Source of the DNA: Gonapodya sp. JEL0774
Taxonomy: Eukaryota
NCBI GenBank assembly: GCA_027604505.1
Contig: JADIIX010000045.1
Location: 124,001-161,073 of the forward strand
Length of the DNA: 37,073 nt
Direction of reading: 5' to 3'
A program made the translations under genes and the position numbers. Shown here piece after piece: positions 36,962 to 37,073 of this stretch; position 1 is the stretch's first letter, and each line of letters begins with the position of its first letter. Under the pieces are notes generated by a model. It searched no databases. It saw only the letters and a list, made by a program, of their open reading frames with translations, and was not told the DNA's origin.

Positions 36962-37073
36962 TCGGGGTGGTGCGAAACACCCCACGAGGCGCCACCCGGA
37001 TAACAGAATTCTGGGGCACCCCATATGGGGTGGTCCCTGCTTCGGATGCTTTGCCACACCCCAGATGAGAATT
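36962..37073. repeat. Cluster of GGGGTG/CACCCC inverted repeats including a 16-bp perfect palindrome
   Basis: GGGGTG(36964)-8 nt-CACCCC(36983); CACCCCATATGGGGTG at 37017-37032; TCTGGGG(37010) and CCCCAGA(37065). Runs to the window edge. Confidence 0.6.

Noticed and set aside
1..37073. CRISPR arrays, tRNA/rRNA genes, intact transposase or reverse transcriptase
   Set aside because: No regularly spaced repeats, cloverleaf signatures or catalytic motifs were recognised by eye.

Overview
Eukaryotic, intron-rich, gene-dense genomic DNA. GT-AG introns are mostly 45-270 nt. Gene content (an animal-type cytohesin together with fungal-type LYC1-like GNAT and UPF0652/DUF2009 genes) suggests an early-diverging, chytrid-grade fungus; this is inference. 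I manually spliced 13 protein-coding genes: the 3' end of a disordered protein with a 2-TM tail, two low-complexity proteins, a USP-fold protein whose catalytic Cys appears replaced by Ser, APC5, a CYP52/CYP86-clan-like P450, a small C4 Zn-finger protein, a LYC1-like GNAT head-to-head with a SagB/ThcOx-type nitroreductase-fold enzyme, a 109-aa microprotein, a cytohesin-type Sec7-PH ARF-GEF, a tail-anchored GFA/CENP-V-family protein hidden from the ORF track, and a B-box + DUF2009 protein. There is also an intronless, frameshifted and internally deleted bacterial-type ParA ATPase pseudogene next to GC-rich inverted repeats at the right edge, and a possible decayed element at about 12.1-12.9 kb. 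No rRNA, tRNA or CRISPR was recognised. All family calls come from remembered motifs; no database search was run.
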